Assembly: GCA_031409655.1 (NCBI GenBank) | Contig: JANNXQ010000013.1 | Location: 1 to 12,260 of the forward strand | DNA: 12,260 bases | Origin: Chthoniobacteraceae bacterium | GTDB lineage: Bacteria; Verrucomicrobiota; Verrucomicrobiia; Chthoniobacterales; Chthoniobacteraceae | Direction: 5' to 3' | Part shown: positions 1 through 6,972 of the stretch, one piece after another | Layout: the number at the start of each line of letters is the position of its first letter | How positions within the stretch are numbered: the stretch's first letter is position 1 | Translations under genes and position numbers: made by a program | The notes under the pieces: generated by a model | Databases searched by the model: none | Told to the model about the DNA's origin: nothing | The model's input: only the letters and a program-made list of their open reading frames with translations

Positions 1-104
1 GTCAAGTCCGAGACCGGGCATGGGTAGAGAACAAGTTCACTGAGAGGCGCGCCTTTGAGGATCGAGAGGTCGCGTAATGGCTGATCTTGAACCATCAGCG
101 AATA
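1..104 (-). repeat. Start of a second LRR block, running off the window
   Basis: After a cap-like segment (IASLRDHPKLRQLG...NFWQDWDREQ) the same frame reads YSLMVQDQPLRDLSILKGAPLSELVLYPCPVSDL, again showing DLSxLxGxPLxxLxL. Confidence 0.7.
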
Positions 105-2794
105 GGTTCCGGTGGGTCGCTTGGTTAGTAAGAACTGGATCCCCATTGCGCGCAGCGCCGGGACGAACGTCTGCTCGCGATCCCAATCCTGCCAGAAGTT
201 GTCCTTCGACCCGGTGGCCACGTAACTCATGCCGAGCATGGCGTCCGCCCCGAGCTGGCGCAGCTTGGGATGATCGCGCAGCGAGGCGATGGCCGCCAGG
301 TCGTCGGCTGGCAGGCTGCGATACTCGGAAGGGAGAAGGAGAAGTTCGAGCGTCTTGATCTCCGTGAGCACCGCGTAATTGCGCGCCTCCGCGCAGCGCC
401 AAAGCGTGAGTTCCTTCAGCGGCCTGCCGCGCAGGACCGCCAGATCGGTGATCCGGTTGGCTTGGAGAAGGCATTTTTCCAGCGGCATCTGGGCGAGCGG
501 CGAAAAGTCCACCACCGGTGTCTGTGAAAGATCGATGATCTTGATCGGCATCCCGAGGAGCGGCGAGAGGTCGGTGACGCGCGTCCCGCGCAGGTTCAGG
601 TTCTCCAGGGGCATCTTCTGGAGCGGGGTCAGGTCGGTGACCCGAGAGCTGGTGAGGTGGAGGCTCTTCAGCCGCAGCGCGCTGAGCGGGGCGAGGTCGG
701 CCACCTGGGTTTCGTTGACGGTCAGGCCCTCCAGCGAGTGCATCTCGCGCAGCGGGGTGAGGTCGGTCACGCGGGTCTTGTCGAGTTGCAGTTCGATCAA
801 GGCGAGGCCGGCCAGGGGGGAGAGGTCGGTCAGCTCCGTGCAGCCGTAGAGGTTCAGCGTGGCGAGCGGCGCGCCGGCGAGAGGCGAGAGGTCGTTGACT
901 TTCGTGCCGCTAAGGTCGAGCGCGAGCCGGCCGTCCTCGCGGACGGTGAGGCGCTTGGCCAGCGGGTTCTCGGCGGAGACGGGGAGGTCCTTGAGCCGCG
1001 CGAGCCAGTAATCGAGGAGGAGCTTCTTCTCCTCGCCGAGCAGCCGCGCCACGGGCAGCAGCTCGGCGGCGGGGCGCTGCTGCTGCTGCATGGCGACGTG
1101 GAGCTTCGCGAGGCTTTCGCGGCGAGCTTGCCGTCGGCGGCGGGCGGCGCGGCGAGCAGTTCCTCGCAGAGCTTCGCCGAAGCCCCGGCCCGCGCGAGGC
1201 CGGGCTGCACGCGCAGGGCGTCGCGGTAGAGGGCGGCGGCGGGGGCGAGCTGGAGCTGGCACTGGAGCAGGTCGCCCTTGGCCACGAGGAACTCCGCCGC
1301 GTCGGGCCGCAGCTTGATGGCGTAGTCGAGCTTGGCGATGGCGTCGGCGTATTGCTCCTTCGCCGCCAGCCCGCGCGCCTGCTCGGCAAAGGCGGGCGCG
1401 GTGGCGCGGAGTTCGTCGAAGGCGGCGGTGGCGCGGGTCGCTTCGCTGGTGGCCACTTTTTCCGCCCGCGTGGCGCGATACGCCTGCCACACGCTGGCCG
1501 CGATGCCGATGACGAGCGAGGCCGCGATGGCCGCGCCGGCGGCGAAGGCGACTTTGTTGCGCCGGATGAGCTTGCTGAGCAGGTAGCCTGCGGTGGGCGG
1601 GCGCGCGACGACGACTTCATTCGCGAGGTGCCGCTGGAGATCCATGGCGAGGCCGTTGGCCGTGTCGTAGCGGCGGGCGCGATCTTTTTCGAGGCACTTC
1701 ATCACGATCCAATCAATGTCGCCACGCAAGGTGCCGGCGAGTTTCGCGGGCTCGGTGTGGGGGCGCTGGCCGGCGGTCGTCATCTCCGCGTCGGCGAGCG
1801 TCTTCATCCGCATCGAAGGCCGCGGCGGGTCCACCTCGCGGATGAGGCGGCGGATTTCATCCAGGCCGACGCGCGCGAGCGTGTCCTGCTCGATCGGCGT
1901 GTGGCCGGTGAGCAGCTCGTAGAGCAGCACGCCGAGCGCGTAGATGTCGCTGCGCGTGTCGATATCGAGCGAGGTCAGCTCCGCCTGCTCGGGCGACATG
2001 TAGAGCGGCGTGCCGATCATCTGCTGGAACTGCGTATAGACCGTCGCGTCGGTGAGCCGCCCCTGCGTCGCTTTCGCCACGCCGAAATCAATGACCTTCG
2101 GCACCGCCTTCCCGTCGTTGATCGTCACGAGGATGTTCGAGGGCTTGATGTCGCGATGGATGATCCCTTTCTGATGCGCGTGCTGCACCGCCTGGCAGAC
2201 GGTGATGAACAGCTCCACGCGCTCCTGCGTGGAGAGCTGCTTCTCATCGCAGTATTCCGTGATCTTCACCCCGCGCACCAATTCCATGACAAAGAACGGC
2301 CGCCCCCACTGGGTTACGCCCGCGTCGAGGATCTTGGCGATGTTCGGATGATCCATCATCGCCAGCGCCTGCCGCTCCTGCTCGAAGCGCGCGATGACCT
2401 CCTTCGTTTCCATGCCCATCTTGATGATCTTCAGCGCCACGCGCCGCCGCACCGGCTTCTCCTGATCCGCCACCCACACCGTGCCGAAGCCGCCCTCGCC
2501 GATCTGCTCGCGCAGTTTGAATGGCCCGATCATCTCGCCCTCTTCCTCCGGCTTTAGCCGCGCCAATTGCTCCTCCACCTCCGGCGATCGCGGTCCATCT
2601 TCGAGGAAATCGCCCGCCTCCCGATGCGCCGCGAGCAGCGCGCGCACCTCGGCGAGCATCGCGGCCTCCTCGCCACACGCTTCCGCGATGAACGCCGCGC
2701 GTTCCTCCACCGGGCGCTCAAGCGCGGAAACGAACGTCGCCTCGGCACGGGGACTCGGCGGCGGTGGCGGCGGGGGAGGCATCGGCGTGCTCAT
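1..2794 (-). CDS. Membrane-anchored Hanks-type Ser/Thr protein kinase with C-terminal TPR and leucine-rich repeats; 3'-partial, with an apparent 1-nt frameshift at about 1122-1124
   Basis: The ORF from ATG 2794 has kinase motifs GEGGFG, VALK, HRDIKPSN, DFG and GTPLYMSPEQ. These are followed by a hydrophobic helix VAFAAGAAIAASLVIGIAASVWQAY (1478-1552) and a TPR-like segment (EQYADAIAKLDYAIKLRPDAAEFLVAKGDLL). After ...ADGKL the tracked frame turns into low-complexity Ser/Arg/Pro sequence. The shifted frame (codons from 1121) reads RESLAKLHVAMQQQQRPAAELLPVARLLGEEKKLLLDYWLARLKDLP... and by manual translation stays open to position 1. The joined product is at least about 930 aa. Confidence 0.9.
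330..926 (-). repeat. Leucine-rich repeat block 1 in the kinase C-terminal region (about 9 units of 21-23 aa plus a degenerate unit)
   Basis: Manual translation: LALDLSGTKVNDLSPLAGAP / LATLNLYGCTELTDLSPLAGLA / LIELQLDKTRVTDLTPLREMHS / LEGLTVNETQVADLAPLSALR / LKSLHLTSSRVTDLTPLQKMP / LENLNLRGTRVTDLSPLLGMP / IKIIDLSQTPVVDFSPLAQMP / LEKCLLQANRITDLAVLRGRP / LKELTLWRCAEARNYAVLTEIKT / LELLLLP. Consensus LxxLxLxxTxVxDLxPL is internalin-like. Confidence 0.92.
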
Positions 2795-2796
2795 TT

Positions 2797-2915
2797 CACC
2801 TGCTCCTGCGAAATCCGGAGAGCAAAAAGTCGCGGGTGATTGGGAAGAGGTGGTCGCGAGGATTCATGGCGGTGTGCCCACATGATCATGCGCAGTCCGC
2901 GTCCGAAAACGGACA
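2797..2915 (-). promoter_or_regulatory. Two imperfect direct copies of a candidate ECF-sigma promoter motif between the sigma and kinase genes
   Basis: Minus strand: CGGACTGCGCATGATCATGTG (2899-2879) versus CGGATTTCGCAGGAGCAGGTG (2817-2797), 16/21 identical and 82 bp apart. Each is preceded 6-7 nt upstream by a T4-5 run. The promoter role is inferred. Confidence 0.45.
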
Positions 2916-2927
2916 GGCAGATCGCAA

Positions 2928-3503
2928 TTATTTTTCCTCCGGGTCGTCCGCCGCGGGGCCAGCGGCGTCCGGTTGGCCGGGGAGCGGGGAAATGAGTTGG
3001 TAAAGCCGGACCCTGGCCATCTCCCAGTGCCGCCGGACGGCTTTTTCATTCACCGCCAGCACCTCGGCGATCTCGTGGTGATTGAACCCGACGAAATAGC
3101 GCAGCTTCACAATCTCCGCCTTCAACGGATCCTCCCTGGCCAACGTCTCGAGGGCATCATGCACCAGGAGGAGCTTTTCGTCTTTGTCGGGCGCGGCGAT
3201 CAGGGCTTCGCAGAACTCGACCCGCTCGCAGTCGCCGGCCCGCTTGAGCTGGCTCTTGCGGCGGGCGCTGTCCACGAGGATCTGGCGCATGGACTCCGCG
3301 GCGGCGGCAAAGAAATGCGCGCGGTTTTCAAACGACTGCGCGCCGAGCCGCAGCCAGGCCTCATGTACGAGCGCGGTGGGCTGGAGCGTGTGGCCCGGGC
3401 GCTCGGAGGCCATCTTGCGGGCCGCGATCGCCCGCAACTCGGCATAGACCGTTTCGCGGAGTTCGCTCTGGTAGAGCCTGCTACCATCCAGAGAATCGGA
3501 CAC
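2928..3503 (-). CDS. ECF-type RNA polymerase sigma factor, TIGR02999 / ECF43-like (kinase-associated)
   Basis: Signature segments VYAELRAIAARKM...GHTLQPTALVHEAWLRL, FENRAHFFAAAAESMRQILVDSARRK..LKR, and region 4 VKLRYFVGFNHHEIAEVLAVNEKAVRRHWEMARVRL. It lies directly upstream of the kinase. The start is uncertain: GTG 3503 (191 aa) is preferred over ATG 3611 because the extra 36 aa do not resemble a sigma factor. Confidence 0.92.
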   Translation of the reverse strand: MSDSLDGSRLYQSELRETVYAELRAIAARKMASERPGHTLQPTALVHEAWLRLGAQSFENRAHFFAAAAESMRQILVDSARRKSQLKRAGDCERVEFCEALIAAPDKDEKLLLVHDALETLAREDPLKAEIVKLRYFVGFNHHEIAEVLAVNEKAVRRHWEMARVRLYQLISPLPGQPDAAGPAADDPEEK

Positions 3504-3650
3504 CGGCGCCGTAACCGCGGCGTCCGGAAGCGAAGGCCGAGGTGATCCAGACTGGCTTTGGGGGAGCACCGCCGGAGCAAACCACAAATGCCATCGGGGC
3601 CACAAGGCCATTCCACCCCACTACGCCTTCCGCCCGGCGTGAGAGCGAGA

Positions 3651-3680
3651 TTGGCGAAGTTGCGCGGCAACTGGTAACGT
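3651..3680 (+). promoter_or_regulatory. Putative sigma70-type promoter of hicBA with a palindrome in the spacer; probably leaderless
   Basis: TTGGCG (3651-3656), 18 nt, then TAACGT (3675-3680) preceded by an extended TG (3672-3673). The ATG at 3687 is only 6 nt downstream and there is no Shine-Dalgarno. AGTTGC-GCG-GCAACT occupies 3658-3672. Confidence 0.55.
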
Positions 3681-3686
3681 CCGCGC

Positions 3687-3890
3687 ATGAAACTTCGCCT
3701 GCTCGTCGAATTTGATTCGGATGCGAAACGCTGGTCAGCCGTATTTCCCGAAGTGCCTGGCTGCGGCAGCGCGGGCGACACCGAGGAGGAGGCTGTCCAA
3801 AACGCACGGGAGGCCCTGGCACTGTGGTTTGCTCCGAGTGAGTTGAACCTGCCAAAGGAAGCAAAACTCGTCGAAGTTACCGTGCCGTGA
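3687..3890 (+). CDS. hicB: HicB-family antitoxin (short, no DNA-binding domain)
   Basis: 67 aa with the HicB partial RNase H-fold pattern [32 protein letters not shown]. It overlaps the next gene by GTGA (3887-3890). Confidence 0.92.
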   Translation: MKLRLLVEFDSDAKRWSAVFPEVPGCGSAGDTEEEAVQNAREALALWFAPSELNLPKEAKLVEVTVP

Positions 3891-4105
3891 GCCGGAAGTT
3901 TCCGGTTCGATCTGCAAAAGATGTCGTGCGTGTCTTGAAACGAAACGGCTTTGCGCTCGCTGGACAAAGCGGCAGCCATCAAAAGTGGCGTCACCCGGCG
4001 GGGCGGCAGGTGATCGTGCCTATGCACGGCGCCAAGCTGATCCCGATCGGGACATTGAAAAGCATCGTGGATGGAAGCGGAATCGACGCAGACGAGTTCC
4101 GCTGA
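3887..4105 (+). CDS. hicA: HicA-family toxin (mRNA interferase, dsRBD-like fold)
   Basis: 72 aa, GTG start coupled to the hicB stop. Motifs [20 protein letters not shown] (catalytic GSH), VIVPMHG and IPIGTLKSI. Confidence 0.94.
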   Translation: MSRKFPVRSAKDVVRVLKRNGFALAGQSGSHQKWRHPAGRQVIVPMHGAKLIPIGTLKSIVDGSGIDADEFR

Positions 4106-4122
4106 CCAGAATTACCCACCCC

Positions 4123-5463
4123 ATGAAAACCCCGGAACTCCCGCCCTTCGCCCACACGCCGCAACCTTACACCGGCCTCTCCGTTGCCGACGTGCTCGCG
4201 CTGCGCAAGGCGCACGTGAACCCGGCGATCTTCCACTACTACAAAGAGCCGCTGATGATCGTGGAAGGGCGCGGGCAGTATGTCTTCGATGAAAAGGGGC
4301 GGCGCTATCTCGATGCGTTTGCGGGCATCGTCACGGTGAGCGTCGGGCACTGCCATCCGCACGTCGTCGCCGCGGCGAAGGCGCAGCACGACCGGCTCCA
4401 GCACACCACCACGATCTACCTGCATCCGAATCTCCCCGAATACGCGGCCGCGCTCGCGGCGAAGATGCCGGGTGATTTGAAGGTCTGCTATTTCGTGAAC
4501 TCGGGTTCGGAAGCGAATGACCTCGCGGTGCTGATGGCGCGGGCTTTCACGGGGAACTCCGACCTCGTCGCGCTGCGCAATGCCTACCACGGCGGCAACT
4601 CGATGGGCATGGCGCTGACCGCGCACAGTACGTGGAAATTCAACGTGCCCGGAGCCGGGGGCATCCATCACGCGCTCGCGCCGGATCGCTACCGCGGGCC
4701 GTGGGGCTACGGCGATCCCGAGGCCGGCGCGAAATACGCCGCGGATGTGCGCGAACTCATCGGCTTCACCACGTCGGGGAAAGTCGCGGCGTTCATCGCC
4801 GAGAGCATCCAGGGCGTGGGCGGTGCGGTGGTCTTCCCGGATGGCTACCTGCGCGACGTGTATTCGACAGTGCGCGCCGCGGGCGGCGTGTGCATCGCGG
4901 ATGAAGTGCAGGCGGGGTTCGGTCGCACCGGCACGCACTACTGGGGTTTTGAAACGCAGGGTGTGGTGCCGGACATCGTAACCATGGCCAAAGGCATCGG
5001 CAATGGCGCGCCGATCGGCGCCGTCGTGACCACACCGCAGATCGCGCAGGCGCTGACCGCGCGCATTCACTTCAACACCTACGGCGGCAATCCCGTCTCC
5101 TGCGCGATCGGCAAGGCGGTGCTCGAAGTCATCGACCGCGAAGGCTTGCAGGCCAATTCGCTGGCGGTCGGGAATCATCTGCTGGCGGGCGCGCGGCGAT
5201 TGCAGGAAAAGCACAGCCTGATCGGCGACGTGCGTGGCGCGGGCCTGATGATCGGCGTCGAACTCGTGAAGGACCGCACCACCAAGGAGCCCGCGAAGGC
5301 CGAGTGCGCTGCCGTCTTCGAGCGCGCTCGCGAGCTCGGCCTGCTCATCGGCAAAGGTGGCCTGCACGGCAATACGCTCCGCATCAAACCGCCGATGTGC
5401 CTCACGAAAGCGGACGCCGACTTCCTCCTCGAAGTGCTCGACCTCAGTCTCGCGCAGGCCTGA
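4123..5463 (+). CDS. Class III PLP-dependent aminotransferase, AGXT2 / beta-alanine-pyruvate aminotransferase-like
   Basis: Motifs [70 protein letters not shown] (PLP lysine), HFNTYGGNP and [15 protein letters not shown]. The start was moved to ATG 4123 (MKTPELPPF..., 446 aa) because the tracked start at 3985 lies inside hicA. The substrate is inferred from family resemblance. Confidence 0.9.
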   Translation: MKTPELPPFAHTPQPYTGLSVADVLALRKAHVNPAIFHYYKEPLMIVEGRGQYVFDEKGRRYLDAFAGIVTVSVGHCHPHVVAAAKAQHDRLQHTTTIYLHPNLPEYAAALAAKMPGDLKVCYFVNSGSEANDLAVLMARAFTGNSDLVALRNAYHGGNSMGMALTAHSTWKFNVPGAGGIHHALAPDRYRGPWGYGDPEAGAKYAADVRELIGFTTSGKVAAFIAESIQGVGGAVVFPDGYLRDVYSTVRAAGGVCIADEVQAGFGRTGTHYWGFETQGVVPDIVTMAKGIGNGAPIGAVVTTPQIAQALTARIHFNTYGGNPVSCAIGKAVLEVIDREGLQANSLAVGNHLLAGARRLQEKHSLIGDVRGAGLMIGVELVKDRTTKEPAKAECAAVFERARELGLLIGKGGLHGNTLRIKPPMCLTKADADFLLEVLDLSLAQA

Positions 5464-5490
5464 GCCAGCGACCGGCGGCACCATGGTCCA

Positions 5491-5537
5491 CGGGTGGGAG
5501 GGAGACGTTTTTATTTCCCTCCCCGCGCTTTTCGTTT
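5491..5537 (+). terminator. Probable intrinsic terminator after the aminotransferase
   Basis: Stem GGGAGGGAGA (5496-5505) / TTTCCCTCCC (5514-5523) with one G:U pair and an 8-nt loop, followed by CGCGC and TTTTCGTTT. Confidence 0.55.
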
Positions 5538-5587
5538 AATCCCCACCCCCGCCGTGCGACGCTGCGCGGCATCGTAATTTTCCAGCC

Positions 5588-6829
5588 ATGGCCACCTACA
5601 TCGAAATGCCGAAACTCGCCGACACCATGACCGAGGGGACCCTCGTGAAATGGCACAAGAACGAAGGCGACAAAATCAAAAGCGGCGACATCCTCGCCGA
5701 TGTCGAAACGGATAAGGCGACGATGGGGATGGAAGCGTTCGACGACGGCATCCTGCACAAGCTCCTCGTCTCGGCTGGCCAGAAAGTCCCCGTCGGCACG
5801 CACATCGCGCTGCTCCTCGCAAAGGGCGAAGCGCCCCCTGCGGAAGGCGCGGCGCCCGCTCCGGCAGCCGCCGCCGCACACGCGGCGAATACGGAGTCCG
5901 CTAGTGCGCCAGCGGCTGCAGCCGCAGTCACAGCGGCCTCCGGCGAGCGGATCAAGGCGTCGCCACTCGCGAGGAAGATCGCTGCGGAAAAGGGCGTCTC
6001 GCTCGCGGGCGTCGCGGGCTCCGGCCCGAGTGGGCGCATCATTGCGGAAGATGTGACGAAGCTCGCCCCCGGCGCTGCTCCCGCTGCCGCAAAAGTCGCT
6101 CCTGCTGCGCCGGTCACTGCGACCCCACCAGCCGCCGGCGATCAACGCCTCCCGCTGAGTGGCATGCGCCGCATCATCGCCGAGCGCCTGCTCACCAGCA
6201 AGACGACCATCCCGCACTTCTATCTGAACATCGAAGTCGATGCCGCACCGCTCATGAAGCTGCGCGCCGATCTCAACAGCGCCAGCGAAGCGGGCGGCGG
6301 GTTAAAATTTACGGTTAATGATTTCATCCTCAAGGCCGTCGTCGCCGCGGCGGTGAAAGTGCCGGCGGTGAATGCCAGCTTTGACGGTGACGCGATCATC
6401 CAATACGGCAGCGTGAATCTGAGCGTGGCCGTGGCCGTGGAGGAGGGGCTCGTCACTCCGGTCATCCGCGATGCGCAGAAGAAGTCGATCCGCGAGATCA
6501 GCGAAGCCGTGAAGGATCTCGCCACGCGCGCCCGCGGCAAAAAGCTCGGACCCAACGAATACGCCGGCGGCACCATCACCGTCTCGAATCTCGGCAGCTA
6601 CGGCATCGAGAGTTTTTCCGCGATCATCAATCCGCCGCAGGCCATGATCTTGAGCATCGGTGCGATCGTGAAAAAGGCGGTCGTCGGTGCGAACGATGCG
6701 ATCGTCGCCGGGCAGCGGATGTCCATCGGTCTGAGCGCGGATCATCGCGTGGTGGATGGCGCGGTCGGCGCGCAGTATCTCGCGGAGTTGCGGAAGCTCA
6801 TCGAGAGTCCCGCGCTGATGCTGCTGTAG
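5588..6829 (+). CDS. pdhC: Pyruvate dehydrogenase E2, dihydrolipoamide acetyltransferase
   Basis: Single lipoyl domain (MPKLADTMTEG...VETDKAT), Ala/Pro linker, peripheral subunit-binding domain (KASPLARKIAAEKGV...GSGPSGRI) and catalytic domain (TIPHFY, SNLGSYGI, AIINPPQ, DHRVVDGA). 413 aa. Confidence 0.93.
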   Translation: MATYIEMPKLADTMTEGTLVKWHKNEGDKIKSGDILADVETDKATMGMEAFDDGILHKLLVSAGQKVPVGTHIALLLAKGEAPPAEGAAPAPAAAAAHAANTESASAPAAAAAVTAASGERIKASPLARKIAAEKGVSLAGVAGSGPSGRIIAEDVTKLAPGAAPAAAKVAPAAPVTATPPAAGDQRLPLSGMRRIIAERLLTSKTTIPHFYLNIEVDAAPLMKLRADLNSASEAGGGLKFTVNDFILKAVVAAAVKVPAVNASFDGDAIIQYGSVNLSVAVAVEEGLVTPVIRDAQKKSIREISEAVKDLATRARGKKLGPNEYAGGTITVSNLGSYGIESFSAIINPPQAMILSIGAIVKKAVVGANDAIVAGQRMSIGLSADHRVVDGAVGAQYLAELRKLIESPALMLL

Positions 6830-6837
6830 GGAGCCTG

Positions 6838-6972
6838 GCGTCTGGGAGCGCCGCCGTCCCGTGCGGCAACCTTCCCACCGAGCGCAGCGCCAAACCTCAG
6901 CTTGCGCCCGTAAAAGTGGCGCGCTGCGCGACAGCCACGTTGCCGCACGGGGACGGCGGCGCTCCTAGGCGC
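6838..6972. repeat. REP-doublet (REPIN-like) long inverted repeat, GGAG type, between convergent pdhC and the FdhF/YdeP gene
   Basis: GGAGCGCCGCCGTCCCGTGCGGCAAC (6845-6870) pairs with GTTGCCGCACGGGGACGGCGGCGCTCC (6939-6965) apart from one extra G. The stem extends by GCGTCTG/TAGGCGC with G:U pairs, and there is an inner pair GCGCAGCGC (6882-6890) / GCGCTGCGC (6921-6929). Each arm has its own small hairpin GCCGC-N8-GCGGC. Confidence 0.75.

Noticed and set aside
330..926. Recurrent AGGTCGGTGAC-like DNA motif at 63-66 bp spacing as a possible CRISPR array
   Set aside because: The repeats are short, degenerate at third codon positions and in frame with LRR units (VTDL); no cas genes are present.
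854..1121. C-terminal ~90 aa of the tracked 646-aa kinase ORF (AAKASRSSTSPCSSSS...)
   Set aside because: Out-of-frame read-through after the 1-nt deletion; the alternative frame encodes clear helical and LRR sequence.
1116..1130. Programmed ribosomal frameshift in the kinase gene
   Set aside because: No slippery heptamer or homopolymer at the junction; mutation or assembly error is simpler.
37..2885. Overlapping ORFs such as 37..474, 379..849, 657..1229, 910..1620 and 1352..2557
   Set aside because: Shadow frames of the GC-rich kinase-LRR gene. Their periodic RSVT and GEVG patterns just mirror the LRR codons.
3504..3611. N-terminal extension of the sigma factor from ATG 3611
   Set aside because: Pro/Ser-rich and not sigma-like; GTG 3503 gives a more typical length, although the true start is unproven.
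3985..4122. 46-aa N-terminal extension of the aminotransferase
   Set aside because: It overlaps hicA in another frame; the family-like sequence begins at ATG 4123.
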